Source: Gemmatimonadales bacterium (GTDB taxonomy: Bacteria > Gemmatimonadota > Gemmatimonadetes > Gemmatimonadales > GWC2-71-9). From it: 58,878 nt of DNA. Shown here in pieces: positions 1-10,029 of this stretch (the first letter of the stretch is position 1; every line of letters begins with the position of its first letter). The position numbers were made by a program, and so were the translations under genes. The notes under the pieces are model-generated. The model saw only the letters and a list, made by a program, of their open reading frames with translations. It did not search any database and was not told the origin of the DNA. The stretch lies in the NCBI GenBank assembly GCA_031404115.1, contig JANNGX010000051.1:1-58878 (forward strand), written 5' to 3'.

Positions 1-240
1 CACCCGCCCGGCAGGCAGCAGGGCAGCGCAGCTCCCTGCGGCGCCCGCGCGGGCCAGCGCTCCCAGGGAGAACCCGGCCACGGCCGCGCCGGCGAGCCAC
101 CCCATCGGGCGGGTATGGGAGAGGAGCAGCAGACCGCCGAGCATCCCGATCGCGAGCACTGGGGCCGGAAAACGCGAGAGGCCGGTCGCGAGACCGGCCT
201 CGAACACCAGAACCAGGAGCACCACCGGGCGAGGCCTCAC
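1..240 (-). CDS. 5' fragment of an integral membrane protein gene running off the window (ComEC/Rec2-like is only a contextual guess)
   Basis: Own translation of the minus strand from GTG at 240-238 gives VRPRPVVLLVLVFEAGLATGLSRFPAPVLAIGMLGGLLLLSHTRPMGWLAGAAVAGFSLGALARAG... over 80 codons with no stop. It is GC3-rich with hydrophobic helices and begins 16 nt after the ComFB-like gene. It is absent from the ORF track because no stop lies inside the window. Confidence 0.35.
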   Translation of the reverse strand, partial: MRPRPVVLLVLVFEAGLATGLSRFPAPVLAIGMLGGLLLLSHTRPMGWLAGAAVAGFSLGALARAGAAGSCAALLPAGRV

Positions 241-256
241 GGCCCCGCCAGGCTCC

Positions 257-543
257 TCAGGGAGTGACCTTCCGCCGGCCCGCCATCTTGCATCGGGGAG
301 ACTCCATGACCCTCCGGACGCCGTCCATCACGGCGACCTCGATCGAGGCGCGATTCTGCTGCTTGTCGAGACTGAGCTCGGTAATGACGGTACCCTCGAC
401 GCTCGCCACGTAGCGGGCCGGCAGCCGGTTGAGCGCGTACACCAATACGTCGGCGCGGCAGACGTCGCAGCCGCAAAACTCCGGGAAGTGGACCAGAAGT
501 GCGTCGTAGGCTTCTGTGACGTGGGCTTCCACCTTGTTTTGAA

Positions 544-547
<4 letters not shown>
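257..547 (-). CDS. ComFB-domain protein (late competence protein ComFB family; family members reported as cyclic-dinucleotide receptors)
   Basis: 96 aa. The motif pattern HFPEFCGCDVCRADVLVYALNRLPARY is typical of ComFB. The ATG overlaps the miaB stop (ATGA at 544-547). Confidence 0.8.
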
Positions 548-1850
<1,303 letters not shown>

Positions 1851-1854
<4 letters not shown>

Positions 1855-2990
1855 GGTCGGACCGACACCCCCAGCGTGAGGAGCGTGGCCCGCTCCGAGA
1901 AGCCCACCCCCCCCTTTCGCCAGACCTGCTGCACCGCCATGTCGATTCCGGCCCGCTCCGCCACAAAGCGGATGGAGGTGCCGATCGAGAGCGCCGTCTC
2001 GGTGGTCTTGTCGCCGAGGCGGAGCGGGAACGGCAGCGTGGCGCGCCGCACGCCGAGCCGGAGTGGCCAGTGCGACATCCGCCTCGGATCGGTCAGGTAC
2101 TCGATCCCCGCCGAGAACTCGGTCATGTTGACGCTCCCGACGCCGCCCAGTCTCATCAGATCGGCGTTGGCAGTGGACCAGTTACGGTAGAGCGCGCTGC
2201 CGGCCAGCAGCACTCGGTCTCCCAGCTGAATTCTGGCACCTCCGGACACGGTAAGCGGCAGCTTGGCGTTGCCGAGCGCCGCGGTGTCCAGCTCCACCCG
2301 GACCCGGTCGTCGGCCCGGACCATGCCCGCCAGGGTGAAGTATTTCCCGATGCGCGCCACGACGCCGGCCGAAACGCCGAACCCCAGGTAGGAGTAGGTG
2401 AACCGTTCGCTGGCCCCGGAGTAGGTCGAGTCAGCGAAGACTCGATGGCTGACGATCCGGTTGGACCCGGTGATCATGTGAAGGCCCAGGCCCCACTGAA
2501 TCGCCCGCGACTGTCGCCAGCCCACCGCGACCCGCAGATCGCTCAGGCCCCCCTGGGAGGAAATGGTGTCGAAAGCCTCGACCGGCTGGTCGCGGAGGAT
2601 CAGCGTGTCGCGGGACGCGAGCACGAAGTTTCGGTCGGTGTAGCCGCTCGCGCTGAGCGAGATCGACAACGGCGTTCCGCCGATGGGCGCGGCCACGAAC
2701 ACCCCCGGATAGCGGTTGTCGCGCGCGCTGGACGAGCCCGCCGGGCTTTCCGAGCGGCGCCAGTTCTGCACCGTCTGGAAGCTCGCGGTGAGGAACACCG
2801 CCTGACCGACCGAAGCTGGATTGAGCGCCGACTCCAGGTCGAACAGGGAGAACCCGCCGCCCAGTCCAGTGGCCCGGACTGAAATCGGCCGGAGCGGAAG
2901 CCCGAGGCCCCGCACCCCGAACTGGGAGGACTGGGCCGCCACCGGCACGGCAACAAGAAGTCCGAGGAGCGCGGTGGCCACGGGTCGCAT
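1851..2990 (-). CDS. putative outer-membrane beta-barrel protein with signal peptide
   Basis: The ORF track gives 1851..3152. I prefer the ATG at 2990 (MRPVATALLGLLVAVPVAAQS, a signal peptide), which shares one base with the stop of the upstream lipoprotein gene. The body has an alternating amphipathic strand pattern rich in G/S/T/aromatics. Confidence 0.5.
1907..1914. repeat. C8/G8 homopolymer near the 3' end of the putative OMP gene (in frame as given)
   Basis: cacccccccct at 1905-1915. It encodes KGGV on the minus strand, 20 codons before the stop. Confidence 0.9.
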
Positions 2991-4198
2991 CAGGGGTGTC
3001 CCGGTCTCGAGGGAAGCGCGTAGGTGATGCGAAGCCGCGGACCGTTGACCGGATCTTGCGAGGAGATGAACTCGGGCCGGCCGAAGCTGCCGCCTTCCGG
3101 CGCGATGCCCATGAGCAGCGTGGTCGGCGCGGTGTTTCCGGGGCCGAACCATGCAGACACGATCGCAAGGATCTCGATGAATTGAACGTCGGTGGAATTG
3201 GCCTTGACCGGGGCGCTCGCGATCAACGCGGCAAGTGCGGGAGACTTGGCACCCAGGTCCACCAGGACTCCTCGCACCTGAAGGGATGCGGGATCGTTGG
3301 GCAACCCCGGCACCGGTACCGCCGGAGTGAGCTCCAGCGTGGCGCGGAGGACGCTCGCGGAATCGCGGAGAAGCCTCGGAATCTCGAACCGGAGAATGCT
3401 GCGGGTCCCGAATTTGCCTCCGACGATCAGCCGGCCGTTCCCGCCTGCCACCGGGACGTCGATCACGTAGTTCGACTTCTCAGCGGGAATGGTCAGTGTC
3501 TGCTTCTGGAGCGCGGTATCGGTCGTGGCGGCCCGGCCGTACCCGATGAACACCGGCCCGCCCTCGTTCGAAAAAGTCGACCCAAGCCTGATTCCGGTGG
3601 CCTGCGCCGCCTTGATCTTGAGCCCCAGGCCGAACCGGCCGGTGTCGGCCACGGGGCCGACCAGGCGGTCGAGCTTGTCGGCCGCAAGGACCAGGCGGAG
3701 CACTTTTCCGTTCTTGAGGGTGTCCGGCACGATCAGCGAATCGATCAGGGTTTCCGGCGTCATCATGGCGTCGAGCGCCGGCAGAGTCACCGTGCTGTCG
3801 AGGTCGGGCGCGATGCGATAATAGAAGATTGTGAGCTGCTTGACCGCGGTATCGCGCGCGATGAGCTGCGCGGTGATGGCCACCGAGTCGAGGGTCACGA
3901 GGGTCTGGGTCCCGCCGATGAACACCGAATCGGACCGGCGGGGAAACGTCGCGAAGGCGCGCGCCTCCAAGGCGGGAATCCCGTCCGACACCAGCAGCGC
4001 CGGGACCTGGTTGGCCCCGATGTAGCCGGTGAAGGAGCTGTCCGTCCCCGGGGCAGCGTGGAGCACCGTGTCCCGGATAATGAGACTCGTGCCGGGACAG
4101 AGTTCGGGGCACTCCGCCGGAGCGGTGAGCTGTTCCTGGCAGCCGGCCAGGACGCCGAGGGCGAGCAGAAGAACCGGGATCGAGCCAGAACGCCTCAC
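2990..4198 (-). CDS. lipoprotein of unknown function
   Basis: 402 aa. N-terminus MRRSGSIPVLLLALGVLAGCQEQ carries a lipobox (LAGC). GTG start overlaps the cdd stop (GTGA). No family recognised. Confidence 0.6.
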   Translation of the reverse strand: MRRSGSIPVLLLALGVLAGCQEQLTAPAECPELCPGTSLIIRDTVLHAAPGTDSSFTGYIGANQVPALLVSDGIPALEARAFATFPRRSDSVFIGGTQTLVTLDSVAITAQLIARDTAVKQLTIFYYRIAPDLDSTVTLPALDAMMTPETLIDSLIVPDTLKNGKVLRLVLAADKLDRLVGPVADTGRFGLGLKIKAAQATGIRLGSTFSNEGGPVFIGYGRAATTDTALQKQTLTIPAEKSNYVIDVPVAGGNGRLIVGGKFGTRSILRFEIPRLLRDSASVLRATLELTPAVPVPGLPNDPASLQVRGVLVDLGAKSPALAALIASAPVKANSTDVQFIEILAIVSAWFGPGNTAPTTLLMGIAPEGGSFGRPEFISSQDPVNGPRLRITYALPSRPGHP

Positions 4199-4593
4199 GC
4201 GAGCAACTCCTTGCCGAAGGCGTCCGGCAGCAAGTCGCGGATGCGCCAGCGTTTCGATTGCGATGGACCTACCGATTCCACTTCCAGCTCCGATCCGAAT
4301 TCAGCCAGCACCTGGCGACAGGCACCGCACGGAGGCCCCGGCGGCTCCGAGTCCGTGGCGATGACGATGCGCCGGAATCGGCGGGCCCCCGCGCTGACCG
4401 CGGCAAACACCGCCGCACGCTCGGCGCAGATGGTCAGGCCGTAGGACGCATTCTCCACGTTGCAGCCCAGGTAGACCGTCCCGTCGTCGGCTTCGAGTGC
4501 CGCGCCGACCCGGTACTTCGAGTAGGGACAGTAGGCCCGCTCCTGCATGCCGCGCGCAGCCACTACCAGGCGATCAGCCACCCCAGACCTCAC
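4195..4593 (-). CDS. cdd: cytidine deaminase
   Basis: Motifs CPYSKYRVGAAL, CAERAA and PCGACRQ (zinc ligands). The start is uncertain: GTG at 4593 or 4581, or ATG at 4548. It overlaps the deoB 3' end. Confidence 0.9.
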   Translation of the reverse strand: MRSGVADRLVVAARGMQERAYCPYSKYRVGAALEADDGTVYLGCNVENASYGLTICAERAAVFAAVSAGARRFRRIVIATDSEPPGPPCGACRQVLAEFGSELEVESVGPSQSKRWRIRDLLPDAFGKELLA

Positions 4594-5743
4594 GAAGAAA
4601 AGACCGTCCCGCCGCGAGGGGGGCGACCCCCAGAAATTCCGCGACCGTGGCCCCCATATCCGCGAAAGTACGGCGCTCCCCGACGGAGACGGCCCGGACC
4701 CGGGGACCGTACACCAACACCGGCACCCGCTCTCTCGAATGGTCGGTCGAAGGGGTGGTCGGGTCGTTCCCGTGATCGGCTGTAAATATAACCAGGTCTT
4801 CCTCTTGCACGGCTTCGAGCATCCCGGGTAGGGCCCGGTCCAGCGCCTCGAGCCCGCCCAAAAATCCCGGGACGTCGTTGCGGTGACCCCAGCTCTGATC
4901 GAACTCGATGACGTTCACGAACAGGAAGCCCGAGGTCATGGTGGTCAGCGCCTGCCGGATCAGACCGTATGCCTCCGCGTTGGTGGCGGCATGGGTGCTC
5001 GTAATGCCCCTCCCCGCGAACAGGTCATCCACCTTTCCGACCCCGATCCGGGGTATCCCGGCGTCTTCCAGACGATCGAGCAGGGTCGTCCCGGAGGGCG
5101 GCAGACTCACGTCCTTGCGATTGGCGGTCCGGACGTAGGCTCCGGGCGGTCCCGCGAACGGCCTCGCAATGACCCGGGATACGCCGTGCGGCCCGGCGAG
5201 CATCTCGCGCGCCGCGATGCAGGCGGCGTAGAGCTCAGGCAGCGGCACCGTGGCCTCGTGCGCCGCCACCTGGAACACGCTGTCCGCGGAGGTGTAGACG
5301 ATCCACTTGCCGGTGGCCTGATGCTCCGCTCCATACTCGGTGATGATGCCGGTGCCCGAGGCGGCCTTGTTCCCCAGAACACCGCGGCCGGTGCGCCGGG
5401 AGAATTCCGCGATGACCTCGGCGGGGAAGCCGGCCGGGTACGTCGGAAAGGCCTGGGCGAGGATGACACCGCACATCTCCCAATGGCCGGTCGTGCTGTC
5501 CTTGCCGGGGCTGGCCGGCTGGGCCGTGCCCCACGCGGCCGTCGGCGGATCCACCGCGACCACGCCCGGGAGGGGAGCGCATCGTCCGAGACCGAGCCGC
5601 GCCAAATTGGGGAGCTCGATGCCCGAGGCGGCACGCAGGGTGTTGCCCAGGGTATCGCTGCCCTGGTCTCCATAGGCCGCGGTGTCGTGGGCGGGGCCGA
5701 TGCCGAGCCCGTCGAGCACGATGATCGCAGCCCGGCGCGCCAC
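4574..5743 (-). CDS. deoB: phosphopentomutase
   Basis: 389 aa. N-terminal IIVLDGLGIG and C-terminal FTADHGNDPT metal-binding motifs of the DeoB / alkaline-phosphatase superfamily. Confidence 0.9.
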   Translation of the reverse strand: MARRAAIIVLDGLGIGPAHDTAAYGDQGSDTLGNTLRAASGIELPNLARLGLGRCAPLPGVVAVDPPTAAWGTAQPASPGKDSTTGHWEMCGVILAQAFPTYPAGFPAEVIAEFSRRTGRGVLGNKAASGTGIITEYGAEHQATGKWIVYTSADSVFQVAAHEATVPLPELYAACIAAREMLAGPHGVSRVIARPFAGPPGAYVRTANRKDVSLPPSGTTLLDRLEDAGIPRIGVGKVDDLFAGRGITSTHAATNAEAYGLIRQALTTMTSGFLFVNVIEFDQSWGHRNDVPGFLGGLEALDRALPGMLEAVQEEDLVIFTADHGNDPTTPSTDHSRERVPVLVYGPRVRAVSVGERRTFADMGATVAEFLGVAPLAAGRSFLREVWGG

Positions 5744-5744
5744 G

Positions 5745-5999
5745 TCAGTGCCCCCCGGTCTGCACGAACCGAAATCGCAGTGCGGTGAGCGCCTGAGTCA
5801 GCAGTTGCTGTTCATCGGGCTCGAGGTGGCCCTGGGTCTTGGCCTCGAGCATCACCAGAGTGTCGATCAGGGCCTGCGCGATCTGGCGGGTGGTGGCCTT
5901 GCCCGCCAGCGCCTCGGCGCCGGGCGGAAGGGTGCCCGCCAGCGCCGATTCCGCCTGCTGGGCCAGCCCGAGAACGAGCGAGACAAATTGCGGGTTCAT
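5745..5999 (-). CDS. DUF1844-family small protein
   Basis: 84 aa. The pattern FVSLVLGLAQQA...IDTLVMLEAKTQGHLEPDEQQLL...LRFRFV is typical of DUF1844. ATG overlaps the alr stop (ATGA). Confidence 0.7.
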   Translation of the reverse strand: MNPQFVSLVLGLAQQAESALAGTLPPGAEALAGKATTRQIAQALIDTLVMLEAKTQGHLEPDEQQLLTQALTALRFRFVQTGGH

Positions 6000-7117
6000 G
6001 AATCATTCCGATACCGCCGAGTCACTCTCGGCGTCAGCATGGTGAGCAGCTCGTAGGAGATGGTTCCCGCGAGCCCGGCCTGGTCGTCGAGCGAAACGAG
6101 GCCGCCGAAGAGTACCGCGGTGTCGCCGATGTTCACGGGAGTGTCCTCGACGTCGACCATCACCATGTCCATGGTGACGCGGCCGACAATCGGAACGATC
6201 ACCTCGTTGATCTCCACGAAGCCGCGCCCGCCCAGCGCCCGGGGCACCCCGTCACCATACCCGATGCCGATGGTGGCGATGGTGGTGTCCGCTTCGACTT
6301 CGGCCTCCGCCCCGTAGCTGACGGTGTCGCCCGGTCGGAGGCGACGCAGCGCCACGACGCGGGCGCAGAGCTTGACGACTGGTTCGGGCTCGAGGCTCCC
6401 GGCACGGGCGCCGTAGAGATAGATGCCCGGGCGAGCCAGATCGGCGCCCAGCTCCGTGCCGTACTGGGCGGCCCCGCTGCTGGCCAGGTGGATCATCGGT
6501 GGCCGGGAATCGAGCGCCGCCCTCACCTGGTCGAAACGCTCCACCTGCTCGCGGGTGGCATTTTCGTCGGAATCGGCCGAATGGAAGTGGGTAAAGAGGC
6601 CCTCCCACCCCGCCGCCCCACGCAGGCGCTCCGCGAGCGCGGAGATCAGCGATGCATCGTGCCAGCGAAATCCGGCCCGGCTCATTCCGGTGTCGATTTC
6701 GACGTGGAACGGCCCGGCCTCGGCGGCGAGCCAGGCATCGAGGGCGGGGAGATCTCCGATGACGGGCCGCAACTGGTCCACGCGAAACTGAGCGACCTGA
6801 TCGGATCCGAGGGGAGAGAACACCAACAGGGGGCGAGTAATACCCGCGCCACGAAGCCGGGCACCTTCTTCGGGAGTGGCGACACCATAACCCCACGGCG
6901 CGATCGCCTCGAGGGCGCGCGCCACGGGCACGGCGCCGAGGCCGTAGCCATCGGCCTTCACCATCGGGAGGAGGGGAGCGCCGATCAGCTCCTGGAAGCG
7001 GCGCGCATTGCGGACGATCGCCCCGAGATCAACGTCGAGCCAGGCGCGGTCCGGGGCGTCCGGATTTGACTTGGTCACGGCAGGGGGTAGAATACCGGCC
7101 CGGGAGGGTAAATGCAA
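5996..7117 (-). CDS. alr: alanine racemase
   Basis: PLP-lysine motif MVKADGYGLG and full-length fold-type III pattern. The ORF-track start at 7117 is TTG; an in-frame GTG at 7078 (VTKSNPDAPDRAWLDVDL) is equally plausible. Confidence 0.9.
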   Translation of the reverse strand: MHLPSRAGILPPAVTKSNPDAPDRAWLDVDLGAIVRNARRFQELIGAPLLPMVKADGYGLGAVPVARALEAIAPWGYGVATPEEGARLRGAGITRPLLVFSPLGSDQVAQFRVDQLRPVIGDLPALDAWLAAEAGPFHVEIDTGMSRAGFRWHDASLISALAERLRGAAGWEGLFTHFHSADSDENATREQVERFDQVRAALDSRPPMIHLASSGAAQYGTELGADLARPGIYLYGARAGSLEPEPVVKLCARVVALRRLRPGDTVSYGAEAEVEADTTIATIGIGYGDGVPRALGGRGFVEINEVIVPIVGRVTMDMVMVDVEDTPVNIGDTAVLFGGLVSLDDQAGLAGTISYELLTMLTPRVTRRYRNDS

Positions 7118-7894
7118 GAGAATTCAGCGCTTGGACGCTCGATGGCGATGGTTCGGGACCTCCGGAACCGGTGCGCCTGGGATCGGGTTCAGACTCGCGA
7201 CACCCTGCGACCGTACCTGCTCGAGGAAGTCCACGAACTGGACCAGGCTATCGGCTCGGGAAACCCCGCCGCCATCCGGAGCGAGGTCGCGGATCTGCTT
7301 CTCCACCTGGCCTGGCAGCTGGTGCTCGCGGAGGAGCAATCGGAATTCACGGCCGACGATGCCGCGCACGATCTCGAAGCCAAGATGAAGCGCCGGCACC
7401 CCCATCTCTTCGAGCTGGGGCCTCGGCAAAAGTGGGAGACCCTCAAACGGCAGGAGCGGGAGCAGGAGGGCCGACGGCCCGGCGTCCTCCGGGGGCTGCC
7501 CCCGACCCTGCCCGAACTGCTCATGGCCCAGCGGCTCCAGGAGCGCGCGGCCGGAGTGGGATTCGACTGGCCCGACACGGCCGGACCCGCCGCCAAGGTC
7601 CGCGAGGAGCTCGCCGAGGTCGAGGCGGAGCTCGATACCGGCATCCGCTCGGCCGATCGGCTCGATCACGAGATCGGCGATCTGCTGTTTTCGGTGGTGA
7701 ATCTGGCGCGGAAGTCTGGGGTTCACCCCGGCCCGGCGCTTGGGCGCGCCAACGAGCGGTTCCGGGAGCGGTTCGGCGTGGTAGAGCGCCTCGCCGCCGA
7801 ACGGGGGATCGACATTCACTCGGCGGGGCTCGAGGTGCTGGATCGAATGTGGGACGAGGCTAAGGCGGAGCGCGGCGGACAATCTCCAGTCTGA
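7112..7894 (+). CDS. mazG: nucleoside triphosphate pyrophosphohydrolase MazG
   Basis: 260 aa with two MazG repeats (LRNRCAWDRVQT..LLEEVHE and GFDWPD...EELAEV..EIGDLLF). GGGAGGG lies 4 nt upstream of the ATG. Confidence 0.9.
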   Translation: MQENSALGRSMAMVRDLRNRCAWDRVQTRDTLRPYLLEEVHELDQAIGSGNPAAIRSEVADLLLHLAWQLVLAEEQSEFTADDAAHDLEAKMKRRHPHLFELGPRQKWETLKRQEREQEGRRPGVLRGLPPTLPELLMAQRLQERAAGVGFDWPDTAGPAAKVREELAEVEAELDTGIRSADRLDHEIGDLLFSVVNLARKSGVHPGPALGRANERFRERFGVVERLAAERGIDIHSAGLEVLDRMWDEAKAERGGQSPV

Positions 7895-10001
7895 GCTCGG
7901 TCCACCCTCCGACCTGATAGTACCGCACCCTGAATCGGTGCGTCCCCCCGGCGATGGAGGCCGAATCGAGCGCCGATTCGTGTGGCGCCCAGTTGTTGAT
8001 GACCTGTTTGTCGTTGACCCACACCAGGATCCCGTCGTCGCTGATCGTCCGGATGGTGTACTCGCCCGGCGGGAGCGCGATCGTGGCGGTGGCCTCGAGG
8101 GCCCAGCGCTCCAGCGGCAGGCCGGCCACGAGCGGCCGGTACCACATATAGTCGAGGCGCGAAGCCTGTCGGGTCAGGAGGGGCACGGTCCGGAGCAGCG
8201 CCTCGAACCCTTCGGGCTTGTTGCGCAGGTCGGTGCTGTCGCTCCAGGCGTAGAAACGTAGCGCCCAGTTGGCCTCCGGCTCGTGCCGCGCGAAGGAGAA
8301 CCGGTACGGCTGGCCCCGCCCTCGCCGCACGCCTCGGGGCGAGACGGTCTCCTCCCCGCGATACTCCAACGCGAGGACCCACTCACCGGGAGAGGTTCCC
8401 GCGGGCGTCACGCGAATCGTGTCCCCCACTCTCCCGGAGGTCTTCGAGAGTGCGCTCACCCCGTGCCGGTTCACCACCCGCCAGACGCCGGGCGGACCCA
8501 GCACGGCAAGGTGCAACGGATCCGCGCGCAGGCTGTCCACCGGCCAGAGCCTGGGCGAGCGCCAGTCATAGGGACCCCATTCGTCCACGACCATGGCCGA
8601 GCGGTCACGGAGGGCCAGTGCGGAGGCCGGCACCCCGGGCTCCACGCCCGGCAGGTCCGGAACGAGCGCCGCGTCGGCAGCGTCCAGGGTCGGCAGCACG
8701 CACTCCCCGGTTGCGGTCGGGAGCGAGTCGTTCCCCGCGACGGTTACGCCAGTACTGTTTTTTTCCTGGACCGTGATCCGGTTCCCCACGAAGACATTCC
8801 GTTCAATCCGGTAGTCCCGGCTCCGGGTATCACGGTGCTTCGGGTAGCCCCAATCCGACGGCTCGATCGGGTTGGCCCAGAGGCTGATCGCGAGGGAGTC
8901 CCCGTGAAAGCGATTCGAGGCCAGCCGATTATCCTGTCCATGCTCGATGGCTACCCCGATGCGATTTCTGATGAAGCAATTCCCGACCACTGTGGATTCA
9001 AAACTGTATCCGCCCCAGAGGCCGTAGTCGCTGCCCTCGGCACGATTCCCGATGAACACGTTCCGGCTGAAGGTTGCCTCCATCGAATTGGCCGGCGCGA
9101 AGCTGAAATCGTTTCCGAAGAAGACGTTGTCGTTGGCGCCTCCCGCACCGGTGTCCATGGTGCTCTGCCCGGCCCAGAGAAACAGCCCGTCTCCACCGTG
9201 GGTCGCGGAATTCCAGGCTACCACGTTTCGGTTGCTCTGTTCGTACAGCAGGAGCCCGGCGGAATCCTGGCCCCGCCGATAAAAGCGGTGACTGTAGCCA
9301 CGCACGTCGAAATCGATCCGGTTCCGGACGATGGTATTGTCGCTGGAGCGATAGAGCCCGATGCCGAGGCCCGAGTTGAACGAGAAGTCGTTGTTTTCGA
9401 TGCGCAGACTGTCGCTCCGGGTGAGCATCAGCCCGTTCATGCCCTGGAGTGCGCGGTTGCCGCGGATTTGCCCACCGCGCACACCCACCAGGAAGAACGC
9501 CCCGGCGTAGCGCAGCCACTCCTCCTTCTCGTTCTGGTGGAACGAGAGCCAGTCCACCAGACTTTCATGCTCGATCTGGCTGTAGAGCCGGGGCTTCCAG
9601 TTGTAGCTGGCGTCGTTGTTCACGAGCTGAAGCCCGCGAGTATTTCGGGCGTAGATCGCGATCCGGTAGCCCCGGATCTTCGCGTTCAGGATCCTCACGC
9701 TGCGGCCCCCGTCGACCCGGATCGCAACGCCCCGGGCCGCGTCGGGATCGGCCAGCGGGTTGAGCCCCTCCAGCGTGGCGCCCGCGAAGTCCACCGTGAT
9801 GTCGTTGCCGCGGATGGTGATGACGGAGGAATCGAGCGATGCCGGAGCCGAGAGCCGGTAGGTGCCGGCGGCGATGCGCGCCGAGCTCGTGATCACGAGC
9901 CCGGGCCGGAGCGTGACCGTAGGAAGCCCCGGGCTCGCCTGCGCGTCGAGGGCGCGGGCCGCCAGCAGCAGCATCGTCCCTACCGACCCCACCGTCCTCA
10001 C
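7860..10001 (-). CDS. secreted right-handed parallel beta-helix repeat protein with C-terminal PA14-like domain
   Basis: The ORF track gives 7860..10244, but that overlaps asnS. GTG at 10001 gives a signal peptide (RTVGSVGTMLLLAARALDAQA). Repeated N/G-rich about 22-aa turns are typical of NosD/CASH beta-helices. The C-terminus GEYTIRTISDDGILVWVNDKQVINNW...RVRYYQVGGW is PA14-like. Confidence 0.7.
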   Translation of the reverse strand: MRTVGSVGTMLLLAARALDAQASPGLPTVTLRPGLVITSSARIAAGTYRLSAPASLDSSVITIRGNDITVDFAGATLEGLNPLADPDAARGVAIRVDGGRSVRILNAKIRGYRIAIYARNTRGLQLVNNDASYNWKPRLYSQIEHESLVDWLSFHQNEKEEWLRYAGAFFLVGVRGGQIRGNRALQGMNGLMLTRSDSLRIENNDFSFNSGLGIGLYRSSDNTIVRNRIDFDVRGYSHRFYRRGQDSAGLLLYEQSNRNVVAWNSATHGGDGLFLWAGQSTMDTGAGGANDNVFFGNDFSFAPANSMEATFSRNVFIGNRAEGSDYGLWGGYSFESTVVGNCFIRNRIGVAIEHGQDNRLASNRFHGDSLAISLWANPIEPSDWGYPKHRDTRSRDYRIERNVFVGNRITVQEKNSTGVTVAGNDSLPTATGECVLPTLDAADAALVPDLPGVEPGVPASALALRDRSAMVVDEWGPYDWRSPRLWPVDSLRADPLHLAVLGPPGVWRVVNRHGVSALSKTSGRVGDTIRVTPAGTSPGEWVLALEYRGEETVSPRGVRRGRGQPYRFSFARHEPEANWALRFYAWSDSTDLRNKPEGFEALLRTVPLLTRQASRLDYMWYRPLVAGLPLERWALEATATIALPPGEYTIRTISDDGILVWVNDKQVINNWAPHESALDSASIAGGTHRFRVRYYQVGGWTELRLEIVRRAPP

Positions 10002-10029
10002 TAGCCTCCGTCCTCCTGTCTTCCCGGTC

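Noticed and set aside
8283-10004. 573-aa plus-strand ORF antisense to the beta-helix/PA14 gene
   Set aside because: Shadow ORF with R/G/P/H-rich junk composition. The opposite strand carries a coherent repeat protein with a signal peptide.
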